A stretch of 64,000 bases of DNA. Origin: an uncultured delta proteobacterium (GTDB lineage Bacteria > Desulfobacterota > Syntrophobacteria > Syntrophobacterales > Syntrophobacteraceae). The notes under the pieces were generated by a model that searched no databases, had not been told where the DNA came from, and worked only from the letters and a program-made list of their open reading frames with translations. Shown here piece by piece: positions 36,972 to 48,805 of this stretch. The DNA is taken from the NCBI GenBank assembly GCA_963808625.1, contig CAWEHK010000028.1:1-64000 (forward strand), written 5' to 3'. The stretch's first letter is position 1, and each line of letters starts with the position of its first letter. The translations under genes were made by a program, and so were the position numbers.

Positions 36972-39416
36972 ATGTTCAGGATAAATCGCAGTAGGGAAGA
37001 GCTTCATAATGGTTCGGCATCGTTGATGATGCCTCTGCTTCCATTGAGAGATATCGTCGTGTTCCCACTGATGGTGGTGCCGCTATTTGTCGGTCGTGAC
37101 AAGTCCGTGAATGCTTTGGAAAAAGCGATGAGCTCTGACAAGAAAATCTTCCTGTCAGCGCAAACCAAGGCAAAAACCGACAATCCCGCCGAAGGTGATA
37201 TCTACCGTCTGGGCACCGTGGCCAACGTCCTGCAAATCCTGAGGCTTCCCGACGGCACGGTCAAGGTCCTCGTCGAGGGTGACTATCGAGCCCGAGTGAT
37301 GAACTTCGTTCCCCATGCCGACTACTTTCTGGTCCAGATTGATCCCCTCCAGGAGCGCGGCGGGGAAACCGTCGAAATCGAGGCACTGCGCCGTGGCATT
37401 CGCGCGACGTTCGAAACCTATTCCCGGCATAATAAGAAGATTACTCAGGAAGTGCTGGAAAGTGTCGCCGCCATCGATAGTCCCTCACGATTGGCCGACA
37501 CGATCACCTCCTACATGCCGTTTAAGCTCGAAGTGAAGCAGGACCTCCTCGAGACCCTCGATGTCGCCAGGCGTCTGGAAAAGCTCTTCGGTCATATCCG
37601 GGCCGAGGTTGAGATCATTCAGACGGAGGAGCGCATCAAGGGCCGGGTCAAAAAGCAGATGGAGAAGACCCAGCGGGAGTATTATCTCACCGAGCAGATG
37701 CGGGCGATTCAGAAGGAAATGGGGGACAAGGACGACTTCAAGTCCGAACTCCAGGAGCTTGAAAAGCGCATCAAGCGGAAACGCCTGAGTCAGGAAGCGG
37801 CAGCCAAGGTCCGTGCGGAATTCAAAAAATTGAAATTGATGTCACCGATGAGCGCTGAAGCTACGGTGGTCAGGAATTACATCGATTGGATTCTTTCTCT
37901 GCCCTGGTTCGAGAAGACGAAAGACAAGATCGACATCGATGAAGCCGCCCGCATCCTGGATGAAGATCATTATGCCCTGGAAAAGCCCAAAGAGCGGATT
38001 CTGGAATACCTCGCGGTCCAGGCGTTGGTGAAGAAGATCAAGGGTCCGATCCTCTGTTTCGTCGGCCCTCCAGGTGTCGGCAAGACCTCCCTGGCGCGAT
38101 CCATTGCGCGTTCGATGAACCGGAACTTCATCAGGGTTTCCCTGGGAGGGGTTCGCGACGAAGCGGAAATTCGCGGCCACCGGCGCACTTACATTGGTGC
38201 TCTGCCGGGAAAGATCATTCAGTGCCTGCGGAAGGTTAAAAGCAGGAACCCGGTCTTCTGCCTGGACGAAGTGGACAAGATGAGCATGGACTTCCGGGGA
38301 GATCCTTCAGCAGCACTGCTCGAAGTGCTGGATCCCGAGCAGAACTTCGCTTTCAATGATCATTATCTCGACCTTGACTACGATCTTTCCGAGGTGTTCT
38401 TCATAACCACCGCCAACAACCTGCACGCCATCCCTCCGCCCTTGCGGGATCGCATGGAGATCATTCAGATGGCGGGTTATACGGAATTTGACAAAGTCAA
38501 CATCGCCCGCCAGTTCCTGGTGGCAAAGCAGTGCAAAGCCAATGGCCTGTCGGCCGATAACGTCGCCTTCTCGGAAGATATGCTCTTCTACATCATTCGC
38601 CATTACACGAAAGAAGCCGGAGTGCGCAATCTCGAACGGGAAATCGCCACGGTTTGCCGCAAAGTCGCCAAGGAAGTGGTAAGGAACGGGCCTCAGACCA
38701 GAGTAGAGCTCTCCGAAGAACTGCTCCAGGAATACCTGGGAGTCCCCAAATTCCGCTACGGTCGCGCCGAAGAAAGAGACGAGATTGGTCTGGCGATGGG
38801 GCTTGCCTGGACCGAGTTCGGCGGCGATATCCTCGGGATTGAAACGGTGGTGATGCCGGGCAAGGGCAAGGTGCTGATCACCGGCAAACTCGGCGAGGTG
38901 ATGCAGGAATCGGCGCAGGCTGCGTTGAGCTACGTCCGGTCACGGGCGGTTCGGCTGGGGATTGAACCGGACTTCTATCAGAACTTCGACATCCACGTTC
39001 ACGTCCCCGAGGGCGGCATTCCCAAGGATGGCCCGTCGGCAGGAATCACCATGGCAACCTCGATTGTGTCCGCCCTGACCCGGATCCCGGCCCGAAGCGA
39101 TGTGGCCATGACCGGTGAGATTACTTTGCGCGGCAGGGTTTTGCCCATCGGCGGGTTGAAGGAAAAGATCCTGGCCGCCCACCGGGGATTGCTGAAAACC
39201 GTTTTGATTCCGCAGGAAAACGCCAAAGACCTGAAAGAGATCCCCGAAAAAATCCTTCAGGAAATCGAGATCGAACTGGTGGAACATATGGATGACGTGT
39301 TGCGCCTGGCAATGAATATCAGCGATGACCGTGAGCTGTTCAAGGACTCCGCCGCTGCGCAGCCGGTAATCTTCGAAACACCGGCAACGCCCGGAGATGA
39401 GATTCGAACGCACTGA
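36972..39416 (+). CDS. lon: Endopeptidase La
   Basis: Motifs [22 protein letters not shown] and GGLKEK. Confidence 0.98.
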   Translation: MFRINRSREELHNGSASLMMPLLPLRDIVVFPLMVVPLFVGRDKSVNALEKAMSSDKKIFLSAQTKAKTDNPAEGDIYRLGTVANVLQILRLPDGTVKVLVEGDYRARVMNFVPHADYFLVQIDPLQERGGETVEIEALRRGIRATFETYSRHNKKITQEVLESVAAIDSPSRLADTITSYMPFKLEVKQDLLETLDVARRLEKLFGHIRAEVEIIQTEERIKGRVKKQMEKTQREYYLTEQMRAIQKEMGDKDDFKSELQELEKRIKRKRLSQEAAAKVRAEFKKLKLMSPMSAEATVVRNYIDWILSLPWFEKTKDKIDIDEAARILDEDHYALEKPKERILEYLAVQALVKKIKGPILCFVGPPGVGKTSLARSIARSMNRNFIRVSLGGVRDEAEIRGHRRTYIGALPGKIIQCLRKVKSRNPVFCLDEVDKMSMDFRGDPSAALLEVLDPEQNFAFNDHYLDLDYDLSEVFFITTANNLHAIPPPLRDRMEIIQMAGYTEFDKVNIARQFLVAKQCKANGLSADNVAFSEDMLFYIIRHYTKEAGVRNLEREIATVCRKVAKEVVRNGPQTRVELSEELLQEYLGVPKFRYGRAEERDEIGLAMGLAWTEFGGDILGIETVVMPGKGKVLITGKLGEVMQESAQAALSYVRSRAVRLGIEPDFYQNFDIHVHVPEGGIPKDGPSAGITMATSIVSALTRIPARSDVAMTGEITLRGRVLPIGGLKEKILAAHRGLLKTVLIPQENAKDLKEIPEKILQEIEIELVEHMDDVLRLAMNISDDRELFKDSAAAQPVIFETPATPGDEIRTH

Positions 39417-39578
39417 GTACCGCTTCACATAATAAGGTGACCCTTGCCCCAGGACGTCATACCCGCATGCTCCCCGCCTGAAGCCTGCGGGGACAAGCTT
39501 TAGCGGGAATCCAGAAAGACACCCCGGATGTCCACCTTCTCCAGGATAGTGGACAATTGTCTGCGCGGGACTTTACTC
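39416..39578. repeat. MITE/REP-like element (CGTCATTCCCGC family), degenerate
   Basis: CAGGACGTCATACCCGCATG...TTAGCGGGAATCCAG resembles the copies at 47785-47935 and 53015-53172. Confidence 0.65.
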
Positions 39579-40162
39579 GGCACTGCCAGTAGCTGATCCT
39601 CCTCGAGCCAGAAATTGCCCAGCTCGATTTCAATCTCGCTAAAGGGCTCGGCACGTACTTTGTCATCATCGACAAAACTGGTGAGCAAAGCCCACTTGCC
39701 GGATTCCAGCTTAAAGACATCCAGAGTTTTTGAAAGCGGGTCCAGAAGCCAGATATACGGTATTGCATATTGCGCATAGATTGGCATCTTGCGCACCTTG
39801 TCCACCCGTGCGGTGCTCGGTGAAAGGACTTCGCACACCCAGTCCGGAGGAATGCTCATCCATTCTTTTCTGGATAGGGCCGCCAGCCGTTCTTTTCTCC
39901 ATCCCGCCAGGTCCGGAACGAAGATATGCTCACCAAGCGCAATCTCCGGTTCATCAAGAATGATCCATCCTCCCGGACCCCCTCCCCTGCCGAAACTGTA
40001 AGGGAGCACCAACTCGCCCCCCAGCAGGGATGCAGCATGGGCGTGTTCCAGTGATGGTCGCGGAGTGACAATCAATTCGCCATCAATGATCTCCCCGATC
40101 ATCGTCTCGGGAATGCTGTAAAGATCATCGTAAGAGGCTCGCTTTCTTGCCGGTTCCGACAT
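39500..40162 (-). CDS. Uma2-family endonuclease-like protein
   Basis: Motifs EIIDGEL, VPDLAGW, PDWVCEVLSPST and IWLLDP. Confidence 0.9.
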   Translation of the reverse strand: MSEPARKRASYDDLYSIPETMIGEIIDGELIVTPRPSLEHAHAASLLGGELVLPYSFGRGGGPGGWIILDEPEIALGEHIFVPDLAGWRKERLAALSRKEWMSIPPDWVCEVLSPSTARVDKVRKMPIYAQYAIPYIWLLDPLSKTLDVFKLESGKWALLTSFVDDDKVRAEPFSEIEIELGNFWLEEDQLLAVPSKVPRRQLSTILEKVDIRGVFLDSR

Positions 40163-40465
40163 TACCTTATTCTCCTTCTGATCTAAAGGATGGCGCTCGC
40201 CTATTTGCCCTTCATCCATTTGGACATTTTACTCTTAACTTCTCCTTCTCGCAATCCATCGAGGGACGGTATTGGCATCAATGGTCTCCTTCTCAATTAT
40301 TTTTCCATAAAAACATCACGCCAACCGAAGTGGAGAGGAACCACAGCGATTGAATGCGTAATAGATAACGGTCAAAAATCAGACCTCTCCCCGCGAAGAC
40401 ATATCAGTGAAATATCATCGCCCATCTTTGACTTTTCAATACGATTCGGTTATCTCCTTATTGTG

Positions 40466-41611
40466 ATGAACAAAATTGACAGACCCAAAGACAAAGCCGC
40501 CCTTGCAACGATCATGGGAGCCTTCCCGGTCACGGCCATCCTTGGGCCGCGGCAGTCGGGCAAGACCACTCTGGCCCACGAGTTTCCGGCGGACCATTTT
40601 TTTGACCTGGAAAATCCGCGCGACGTCGCCATGCTGGCGGAACCTCAACTGGCTCTGGAACCACTCTCCGGGTTGATCGTGATTGACGAAATCCAGCGCG
40701 CACCAGATCTTTTCCCCCTCCTTCGCTATCTGGTGGATACCCGTCCTGACCAGCACTATCTGATTCTGGGCAGTGCCTCGCGGGACCTGATCCGACAGTC
40801 CTCGGAATCGCTCGCGGGGCGTGTGGCTTATCATGAGCTCGGCGGCTTGCGGCTGACCGATGTGGGCGTGGAGCAGTGGCGACAGCTGTGGCTGCGCGGC
40901 GGACTGCCACCGGCCTACACGGCGGCGACCGACGAGGCAAGCCACCTCTGGCGCGAGCAGTATGTGGCCACCTTTCTCGAGCGCGACCTTCCCCAGTTGG
41001 GCATTTCCATCCCCGCCCCCACCCTGCGCCGTTTCTGGACCATGCTCTGCCATTACCACGGTCAACTCCTCAACCATGCCGAACTGGCTCGAGCCTTCGG
41101 CGTCTCCGACATGACCGTCCGGCGTTACCTGGACATTCTCGAAGGCACCTTCATGATCCGTCTGCTCCAGCCATGGCATGTGAACATCAGCAAACGCCTG
41201 GTCAAACGGCCCAAGCTCTATCTGCGGGACTCGGGCCTGCTGCATGTGCTGCTGGCAATCCGCTCGGTGCGTGATCTGGCCGGTCACAACAAGCTGGGCT
41301 CCTCCTGGGAGGGATTTGCCCTCGAGATTGCCGCCCGCGCGATTGGCAAACGCCACGAGGAACTGGCCTTCTGGGCAACTCACAGCGGCGCCGAAGTGGA
41401 CTTTTTCTGGCAGGAACACGGCAAGAACTGGGCAATCGAGATCAAGTACGCCGATGCCCCCCGCTTCACCCCCTCCATGGCCAACGCCCTGAAAGATCTG
41501 GAGCTGACCCATCTCTGGGTCCTTTACCCCGGCGACCGGGCCTATCCGCTGGCCAAGGCGGCGAGCACGCTGCCGCTTGCCAGTGTTGCCGACCAATGGC
41601 GCTATGGATAA
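40466..41611 (+). CDS. AAA_14 ATPase with DUF4143 domain
   Basis: Motifs GPRQSGKT, IDEIQ, LGSAS, RGGLP, PKLYLRDSG and EVDF...IEIK. Confidence 0.9.
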   Translation: MNKIDRPKDKAALATIMGAFPVTAILGPRQSGKTTLAHEFPADHFFDLENPRDVAMLAEPQLALEPLSGLIVIDEIQRAPDLFPLLRYLVDTRPDQHYLILGSASRDLIRQSSESLAGRVAYHELGGLRLTDVGVEQWRQLWLRGGLPPAYTAATDEASHLWREQYVATFLERDLPQLGISIPAPTLRRFWTMLCHYHGQLLNHAELARAFGVSDMTVRRYLDILEGTFMIRLLQPWHVNISKRLVKRPKLYLRDSGLLHVLLAIRSVRDLAGHNKLGSSWEGFALEIAARAIGKRHEELAFWATHSGAEVDFFWQEHGKNWAIEIKYADAPRFTPSMANALKDLELTHLWVLYPGDRAYPLAKAASTLPLASVADQWRYG

Positions 41612-41892
41612 TTGGAGATCTATTTTCCCTCACGCGAAGTCGCGAAGCCGCAAAGGCAGCACCGGTTAGGCACTTTCACTACCTTCAAATGACTTTTGCA
41701 GGAGGGTCATCGTCCTCTCTATTTTTTCCTCTTACCCCGTGAACTCGCACTTGCTGCCCCTTCGCCATTATTCCGTGCGACTTCCAACTTCCACTTCCGA
41801 TTACCCCCATTCTTCTCCTTGACTTTTACCGGACCGTTTCTTTAAAAGACTACGTTTATTATTAATTTTCCGATTTTACGCAAGGACTGCTT

Positions 41893-43155
41893 ATGCAACC
41901 CATCCAGGCCATCAGAGGCATGAACGACATCCTGCCCGATCAGATCGGGTGGTGGCAAAGGGTCGAGGAAACGGCGCGGGAGGTTTTGACCACCTTCGGT
42001 TACCGGGAAATTCGCACCCCGGTCATCGAGAAACTCGATCTCTTCGCCCGCAGCATCGGGGAAAGCACCGATATTGTGGAGAAGGAAATGTACGCTTTCC
42101 CGGACCGCAAGGGCGAGATGCTGGCGCTGCGGCCCGAGGCCACGGCATCCGTCGTGCGTGCCTTCATCCAGCACAACCTGCAGGCCGATCCGCTGGCGAG
42201 GAAGTTCTACGCCATGGGCCCCATGTTCCGCCACGAACGCCCCCAGAAAGGGAGATACCGGCAGTTCTACCAGATCGATGCGGAAGCCTTCGGCATTGAT
42301 GATCCGATGCTGGATGCCGAGGTCATGTATATGCTCCGGCTTTTTCTCGAGCGGCTCGGGTTAACGGGTGTTGTCCTCCATATCAACTCCCTGGGCTGCC
42401 AGGAATGCCGCCAGGAATATCGCGAGGTTCTTAAGGAATTTCTCGAGAAAAACGAGGCGGAGCTCTGCCCGGACTGTCAGCGGCGCCGTCATACCAATCC
42501 TTTACGCACTTTTGACTGCAAGGTCGAGCGCTGCCAGGCAATTCTTGCCGATGCGCCGGTCCTGCTTCACTCGATTTGCGGAGCGTGCGCCGACCATTTC
42601 GAGAGCGTAAAGTCCTATCTTGAACAGCTCAAGACCGCCTATGTCGTTAATCCGCGTATGGTGCGCGGCCTGGATTATTACATGCGGACCACCTTCGAGG
42701 TCATTACCGACCGTTTGGGCGCTCAGAATGCGGTCGGCGGCGGCGGGCGATACAACGGCCTGGTGCGCGACCTGGGCGGACCGGACCTTCCCGGGATCGG
42801 CTTCGCCATCGGCATGGAGCGGCTGATTTTATTGCTGCAGCAAGAACAGTCCGAAGCGCGGCGGTGTCCCAAGATCTTTGTGGCATCCTTGGGATCGGCC
42901 GCTCGCAATGCGTGTTTCCTCCTCGCCCAAGAGCTCCGCAGCCTGGGTTTGGAGACCGAGATCGACTACGAAGCAGGAAGTCTCAAGAGCCAGATGCGGC
43001 GGGCGGACAAACTGGGGGTCAGGCACGTCCTGATCATGGGGGATGATGAAATTGGCAGAGGCGAGGTGCAGGTCCGCGATATGATGAATAAGACGCAAAC
43101 GGTCCTGCCTTTGGAAGCGATTGCCCTAAGACTGCAAGAAATATATAAGCAATAG
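41893..43155 (+). CDS. hisS: Histidine--tRNA ligase
   Basis: Motifs LRPEATA, FRHERPQKGRYRQF, RGLDYY and GGGRY. Confidence 0.98.
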   Translation: MQPIQAIRGMNDILPDQIGWWQRVEETAREVLTTFGYREIRTPVIEKLDLFARSIGESTDIVEKEMYAFPDRKGEMLALRPEATASVVRAFIQHNLQADPLARKFYAMGPMFRHERPQKGRYRQFYQIDAEAFGIDDPMLDAEVMYMLRLFLERLGLTGVVLHINSLGCQECRQEYREVLKEFLEKNEAELCPDCQRRRHTNPLRTFDCKVERCQAILADAPVLLHSICGACADHFESVKSYLEQLKTAYVVNPRMVRGLDYYMRTTFEVITDRLGAQNAVGGGGRYNGLVRDLGGPDLPGIGFAIGMERLILLLQQEQSEARRCPKIFVASLGSAARNACFLLAQELRSLGLETEIDYEAGSLKSQMRRADKLGVRHVLIMGDDEIGRGEVQVRDMMNKTQTVLPLEAIALRLQEIYKQ

Positions 43156-43176
43156 AGCCTCTTGCAAAAGTCCCTG

Positions 43177-43561
43177 GGCGTCATTCCGGCGTACGCCCAT
43201 GCGCGTCAACTTAAGCATTTCCTAAATTTTACCCCGAAGGGGTTTCATAAGTCAGCCCAGGGTCAGCGATAGCGCCACCCTGGGTCAGGAGATGCCATAA
43301 ACCATCTTACCCTGAAGGGGTTACATCAAACAGGACCATGGCGAGCACCCGGATCTGTTATGAGAAATCCTTTTTATGTAACCCTTTCAGGGTATGGATC
43401 TTTGTTGTGCACCCCCATACCCAGGGTGGCGCTTAGCTGACCCTGGGCTTAACTATACAACCCCTTCGGGGTAAAAAAGGATGCACCATCCTGATCGTGA
43501 ACGACCATGCGCCTTCCATCGCGTTAAATTGACGCCAATGGGCTTTCGCCGGAATGACGCC
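43177..43561. repeat. Triple-nested palindromic element
   Basis: Outer arms GGCGTCATTCCGGCG/CGCCGGAATGACGCC. Middle arms GCCCATGCGCGTCAACTTAA/TTAAATTGACGCCAATGGGC. Inner 250-bp palindrome TTTTACCCCGAAGGGGTT...AACCCCTTCGGGGTAAAA. Confidence 0.85.
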
Positions 43562-43832
43562 GCGACTAAGTTTGTGCTTATGCCCCTCCGCCCAGCTGGT
43601 GGGCAAAGCCCGCATGGCAGTTAGGGGGCAGAGCCAATGCACCACCCCTTCGCCCCGCTGGCGGGCACGGCCCAGCCTACGGCAAGAGTGCGGCGGGACG
43701 GGGTGATTTTCCAGGTAATCGTCATTCCGGGGCGGCGCCCTTGAACGATGAAAATGAGCCAGGATTGCATGCTGTAACTCAGCACTCAGCATCCAGGACT
43801 CAGCACTATTTTTTTGGTAAGAGGAGAGTGCA

Positions 43833-45671
43833 GTGAACCAAATGGAACAACCGGATGAAACCTACACCACCACTCCAACATCGCTTGACTCATTGGGAGA
43901 CTGGAACAAGAGCCACGACTGCAATTGCCTGAGCCTGGAAAATATCGATGAAACGGTGACCCTCATGGGCTGGGTGCAGCGCCGACGCGATCACGGGGGA
44001 TTGATCTTCGTCGACCTGCGCGACCGCGAAGGGATCACCCAGGTGGTCTTTGACCCCCAGTATGACGCCGCCGCCCACGAGCGTGCCCACTTTCTGCGCA
44101 GTGAATTCGTCATCGCCGTGCGGGGCAAAGTGCGCTCGCGCCCGGAAGGAATGGCCAACCCGAAGCTGGTTACCGGAGGAATTGAGATCATTGTCAGCGA
44201 GCTCAAGATATTGAATTCTTCCAAAACGCCACCCTTCCAAATCGAAGACGATCTCGAGGCGAGTGAAAACATACGGCTGCGCTACCGGTACCTGGACCTT
44301 CGCCGGCAAAGCATGTTTAAAAACCTCCTCCTCCGGCACCGCGCGGCCCAGCTTACCCGTCAGTATCTCAGTGACAGCGGGTTTCTTGAGATCGAAACCC
44401 CGGTGCTTACCAAGAGCACTCCCGAAGGCGCTCGCGACTACCTGGTGCCGAGTCGCGTCAACGCTGGAAAATTCTACGCCCTGCCCCAATCGCCTCAGCT
44501 TTTCAAGCAATTGCTGATGGTTGCGGGAGTCGAGAAATATTTCCAGATTGTCAAGTGCTTCCGGGATGAAGACCTGCGCGCTGATCGTCAGCCTGAATTC
44601 ACCCAGATCGACCTGGAGATGTCTTTCGTCCGGGAAGAACAAATCTATGAGCTGATGGAACGCTGGATGGCATGTCTTTTTCGCGACCTGCTCGGGGTGG
44701 AACTGGCGTTGCCGTTTCCGCGAATGACCTATACTGAGGCCATGGAACAATTCGGGACCGATCGCCCGGATACGCGTTTCGGTTTGGATTTGATCGATGT
44801 CACCGATATCGCGCGGAGTTCCGAAGTTCGGGTGTTTCAGCAGGCCATCGAGCGCGGCGGCATGGTCAAGGCCGTGCGCCTGCCGGACGGCAGCCGTCTT
44901 TCCCGAAAGGACCTGGACGATCTGATTGAATTTGTTAAAATCTTCGGAGCGCAGGGGATGGCCTGGATTAAGATCCAGGCCGACGGCTGGCAGTCGCCCA
45001 TCGCCAAGTTCCTCAACGATGATGCCCGTTCCCGGCTGGTTGAGCGGCTCAACCTCGGTGCCGGCGATATCGTCTTCTTTGTGGCCGACCAGAGTAAAAT
45101 CGTCCACGCCGCCCTGGGAAATCTCCGGGTCCGCCTCAGCCAGCAGTTGGACTTGATCGCGCCCGAAAGCTACAATTTTGTCTGGGTGACGCACTTTCCC
45201 CTGGTGGAATGGGACCATGATGAGAAGCGGTATACGTCCGTCCACCATCCTTTTACGGCCCCTCTCGAAGCGGACCTCGAGCGGTTGAGCCAGGAGCCGG
45301 AAAAGGTCCGGAGCCGGGCGTACGATCTTGTCCTGAACGGTACGGAAATTGGTGGTGGAAGCATCCGCATTCATCGCCAGGATATCCAGGAGCAGGTATT
45401 CACCGTCCTTGGGATTACCCGGGAAGAGGCGCAGCAGAAGTTTGGGTTCCTTCTGGAGGCGCTCCAGCACGGTGCGCCACCGCACGGAGGGATTGCTTTC
45501 GGATTTGACCGCCTGATCATGCTCCTTTGCGGCTGCAGTTCGATTCGCGACGTCATTGCTTTCCCGAAAACCCAAAAGGCTACGTGCCTCATGAGTGGGG
45601 CGCCATCGGAGCCGGAGATGAACCAGCTTCTCGAACTTTGTGTACGGGTAGAAACCGAGCGAAAGAGTTGA
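43833..45671 (+). CDS. aspS: Aspartate--tRNA ligase
   Basis: Motifs [33 protein letters not shown] and PPHGG. Confidence 0.98.
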   Translation: MNQMEQPDETYTTTPTSLDSLGDWNKSHDCNCLSLENIDETVTLMGWVQRRRDHGGLIFVDLRDREGITQVVFDPQYDAAAHERAHFLRSEFVIAVRGKVRSRPEGMANPKLVTGGIEIIVSELKILNSSKTPPFQIEDDLEASENIRLRYRYLDLRRQSMFKNLLLRHRAAQLTRQYLSDSGFLEIETPVLTKSTPEGARDYLVPSRVNAGKFYALPQSPQLFKQLLMVAGVEKYFQIVKCFRDEDLRADRQPEFTQIDLEMSFVREEQIYELMERWMACLFRDLLGVELALPFPRMTYTEAMEQFGTDRPDTRFGLDLIDVTDIARSSEVRVFQQAIERGGMVKAVRLPDGSRLSRKDLDDLIEFVKIFGAQGMAWIKIQADGWQSPIAKFLNDDARSRLVERLNLGAGDIVFFVADQSKIVHAALGNLRVRLSQQLDLIAPESYNFVWVTHFPLVEWDHDEKRYTSVHHPFTAPLEADLERLSQEPEKVRSRAYDLVLNGTEIGGGSIRIHRQDIQEQVFTVLGITREEAQQKFGFLLEALQHGAPPHGGIAFGFDRLIMLLCGCSSIRDVIAFPKTQKATCLMSGAPSEPEMNQLLELCVRVETERKS

Positions 45672-45735
45672 TGGTTGATAGTTGATGGTTGATGGTGGGT
45701 GGTTGATGGTGGATAGTTGATGGTGACTGAGTAGT
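45667..45735. repeat. Heptamer tandem array (GTTGATG/GTTGATA)
   Basis: Begins at the aspS stop codon. Confidence 0.85.
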
Positions 45736-45774
45736 AGTCATAAGACATGCAACAGCCTACGGGAGGTTAATTTC

Positions 45775-47605
45775 ATGGCCCGCTGGAACGATAAGAAACG
45801 GGTTCTGGATCACGAGCATTCCAAATACTGGCAGCACAGTTTGCTCGACATCCCGAGCCCCAATCTGATGAGAGAAATCTTCCCGTACGATGAAGTGCCG
45901 CGGATCGACTTCGACCACAAACTGCTGCCCATTGACCCGGCGGAAGACATCTTTATCACCGACACCACTTTCCGCGATGGCCAGCAGGCTCGGCCTCCCT
46001 ATACGGTGAAACAGATCGGGACCATCTTCGATTTTCTCCACCGGCTTTCCGGTCCAAATGGGGTAATCCGCCAAGCGGAATTCTTCCTCTACACCGAGAA
46101 AGACCGTAAGGCGATCGAGTTGTGTCTTGCCAAGGGTTACCGCTATCCTGAGATCAACGGCTGGATTCGGGCCGTGGAGCAGGACCTCCAGTTGGTGGCG
46201 GAGATGGGCTTGAAAGAAACGGGCATCCTTACGTCGGTTTCCGATTATCATATCTTCCTGAAACTCAAGAGCGACCGCAAAGCCGTTCTGAAGAAATATT
46301 TGGGGATTGTCCGGGCAGCCTTGGAAAGAGGGATCGTCCCCCGGTGCCATTTTGAAGATATCACCCGGGCCGATATCTTTGGTTTTTGCGTTCCCTTCGC
46401 TCTGGAACTGATGCGGCTGAGAGAAGAAAGCGGGGTCGACATAAAGGTCCGCCTTTGCGACACTCTGGGATTCGGCGTTACCTATCCCGGGGCGGCCCTC
46501 CCGAGGAGTGTTCCGAAACTGGTTCGAGCCTTCATTGATGACGCCGGGGTTCCCGGACATCTGCTTGAATGGCACGGTCACAATGATTTTCACAAAGTGA
46601 TCATCAATGCCGCCACGGCCTGGCTCTATGGGTGCAGCGGCGCGAACGGCACGCTGCTGGGCTTCGGTGAACGGACAGGGAATGCTCCCATCGAAGGACT
46701 CATCATCGAGTATATCGGCATCAAAGGGGACACGCACGGCATTGACACCACCGCGATTACCGATGCTGCCGAATATTTCAAAACCGAACTGTCCTATCGT
46801 ATTCCTCCCAACTATCCTTTCGTCGGCGAAGAGTTCAATGCGACCCGCGCGGGAATCCATGCTGACGGTCTGGTGAAGGACGAGGAAATCTACAACATCT
46901 TCAACACCGAAAAGCTGCTGAAGAGACCCATCAGCATTATCATCGCCGACAAGTCCGGGGTTGCCAGCATTGCCTACTGGGTCAATGTGCGGCTCGGGCC
47001 TCGAGGGAGACCGGCGACTGGACAAGCGCCACCCGGGCATTGCCAAGATCTACCGGAGAGTGATGCAGGAATACGAGCAGGGCCGCAACACCGCCATCTC
47101 CACCGAGGAATTGGAACGGTGGGCAAGGCGCTATCTGCCCGAGTACTTTGTGAGCGAATTCGACCTGCTCAAGCGAAAAGCCTACGCCCTGGCCGCCCAT
47201 CTGGTCGAAGAGGTGGTCGAGAGCGAAGTCATAAAGAGTATGGACCCAACTCGGCAGGAGACCGTCCTGCAAGCCCTGCTGGATTTCAATCCCTTCATCC
47301 AGTACATTTACATTACGGATCGAGAAGGGCTAAAAATTACCCGCAATATCACGCACATCACCGATAAGGCCAAGTATGAAAGCGCCCGCGTCGGGGAAGA
47401 TCTCTCCGACCGCCCCTGGTTCATCGAACCCATGAAAAACGGGAAGGTGCATGTCACGGACTTCTATACCTCCCGCTACACCGGAGCGCTCTGCATTACC
47501 GTTTCCGCCCCCATTACCAACGAGTATGAAGAAATCGTGGGAATTCTCGGCATTGATATTCGCTTCGAAGATTTGGCCAAGATGGAAAAGAATGGCAATG
47601 GGTGA
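45775..47605 (+). CDS. Re-citrate synthase-like DRE-TIM metallolyase with C-terminal Cache/PDC-like domain (frameshift near 46998)
   Basis: Catalytic motifs IFPYDEVP, ITDTTFRDGQQARPPYT, HGHND and GFGERTGN. The C-terminus reads DLSDRPWF...DFYTSRYTGALCITVSAPI...GILGIDI. Confidence 0.82.
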
Positions 47606-47783
47606 GGGGTAGTGATGGGTGATGGGTGCTGAGTGCTGAGTGATGAGTGAAAGGAATTAGTGCTGGGTGCTGGGTGCTGGGTGATGAGTGAAAGGAGATA
47701 GTGCTGGGTGCTGAGTGCTGAGTGAAAGGAAATAGTGCTGAGTGCTGGGTGATAGGTGCTGGGTGCTGGGTGACTGAGTATGG
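47601..47783. repeat. Long heptamer tandem array (GTGCTGG/GTGCTGA/GTGATGA)
   Basis: Starts at the stop codon and includes three higher-order GAGTGAAAGGA(A/G)(A/T)TAGTGCTG units. Confidence 0.9.
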
Positions 47784-47784
47784 G

Positions 47785-47935
47785 TCCAACACCAAAGAAT
47801 GAAGTGTCCATACATCCCAGGATGTCATTCCCGCCGTTGCTTTTAGCGGGAATCCAGAAGATGAGCCTGGATGCCCGGCTGTGCGAGCATGACGGGTGGA
47901 GAGCGGACACTCATATTTATGCGGCGCGGTATTGA
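47785..47935. repeat. MITE/REP-like element (CGTCATTCCCGC family)
   Basis: GTCATTCCCGC...TTAGCGGGAATCCAG...CTGGAT...ATGACG with outer arm CGGACACTCAT. Confidence 0.7.
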
Positions 47936-48009
47936 GTGCTGATTGCTAAAGACCAAGAGCTAAGAGCCAGAAGCAGAGTGATGGGTGTCGAGGAGACGTC
48001 CACACAATA

Positions 48010-48804
48010 ATGAATTCAGATCGGGGTAAACCGGTGAGTGTGTTTCTTCAAAGAAATATCGGAATCGGCCTCGTTCTCGTCCTTCTTCTGATCAGTTGCG
48101 CCAAGAAGACTCCCCCGCCATCGGCATACCCGCCATCCGGTCTTCGCTCGCAAAAGCCTTACCAGATTAAAGGGGTGTGGTACTATCCTCTCCCTTCGGC
48201 TGACGGCTACGTGGAAGATGGCCTTGCCAGCTGGTACGGTCCTGAATTTCACGGTAAACCGACCTCCTGCGGCGAGCCCTATGATATGTATGCGATGACG
48301 GCCGCCCACAAGACGCTCCCGCTGGGGACTTACGTCAAAGTAACCAATCAGCGCAATGGCCGCTCGGTGATTCTTCGTATCAACGATCGCGGACCCTTCG
48401 TCTCCGGGCGCGTCATCGATCTTTCCTGCCGGGCCGCCCAGGAACTCGGATCCTATGGCCCAGGGCTGGCCCCGGTGCGGGTAGAAGCGGTACAGGTGGC
48501 CTCCGAACAGCAGATCGCCGGCAGCACCTACTGGAAAGTCGATCCCGTGCCCTCCTTCCGGTATGGGCTCTTTGCCGTCCAGATCGGCTCCTTTCGCGAT
48601 CAGAATAACGCCAATCGCCTGAAAGAAAGGATGCAGAGCGGCTATACGACAACTCAGATCCTTCCTTTCCTGGATCGCGACGGCTATCGTTATCGAGTTC
48701 AGGTCGGATCGTATCAGGACATCCTGCTTGCTCAGGAGGAAATGAAGCGCTTGCGCAGCAACGGGTTCGCCGATGCTTTCGTGGTGGCGATGGAGGCAAA
48801 ATAG
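48010..48804 (+). CDS. rlpA: Septal ring lytic transglycosylase RlpA family lipoprotein
   Basis: Lipobox [24 protein letters not shown] and a SPOR domain. Confidence 0.93.
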   Translation: MNSDRGKPVSVFLQRNIGIGLVLVLLLISCAKKTPPPSAYPPSGLRSQKPYQIKGVWYYPLPSADGYVEDGLASWYGPEFHGKPTSCGEPYDMYAMTAAHKTLPLGTYVKVTNQRNGRSVILRINDRGPFVSGRVIDLSCRAAQELGSYGPGLAPVRVEAVQVASEQQIAGSTYWKVDPVPSFRYGLFAVQIGSFRDQNNANRLKERMQSGYTTTQILPFLDRDGYRYRVQVGSYQDILLAQEEMKRLRSNGFADAFVVAMEAK

Positions 48805-48805
48805 T

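Noticed and set aside
43890..45575. Long antisense ORFs (also opposite ileS, hisD and the DUF4143 gene)
   Set aside because: These are shadow ORFs of GC-rich coding strands with no recognisable motifs.
47601..47783. CRISPR array
   Set aside because: The units are 7 bp with no unique spacers, and there are no cas genes.
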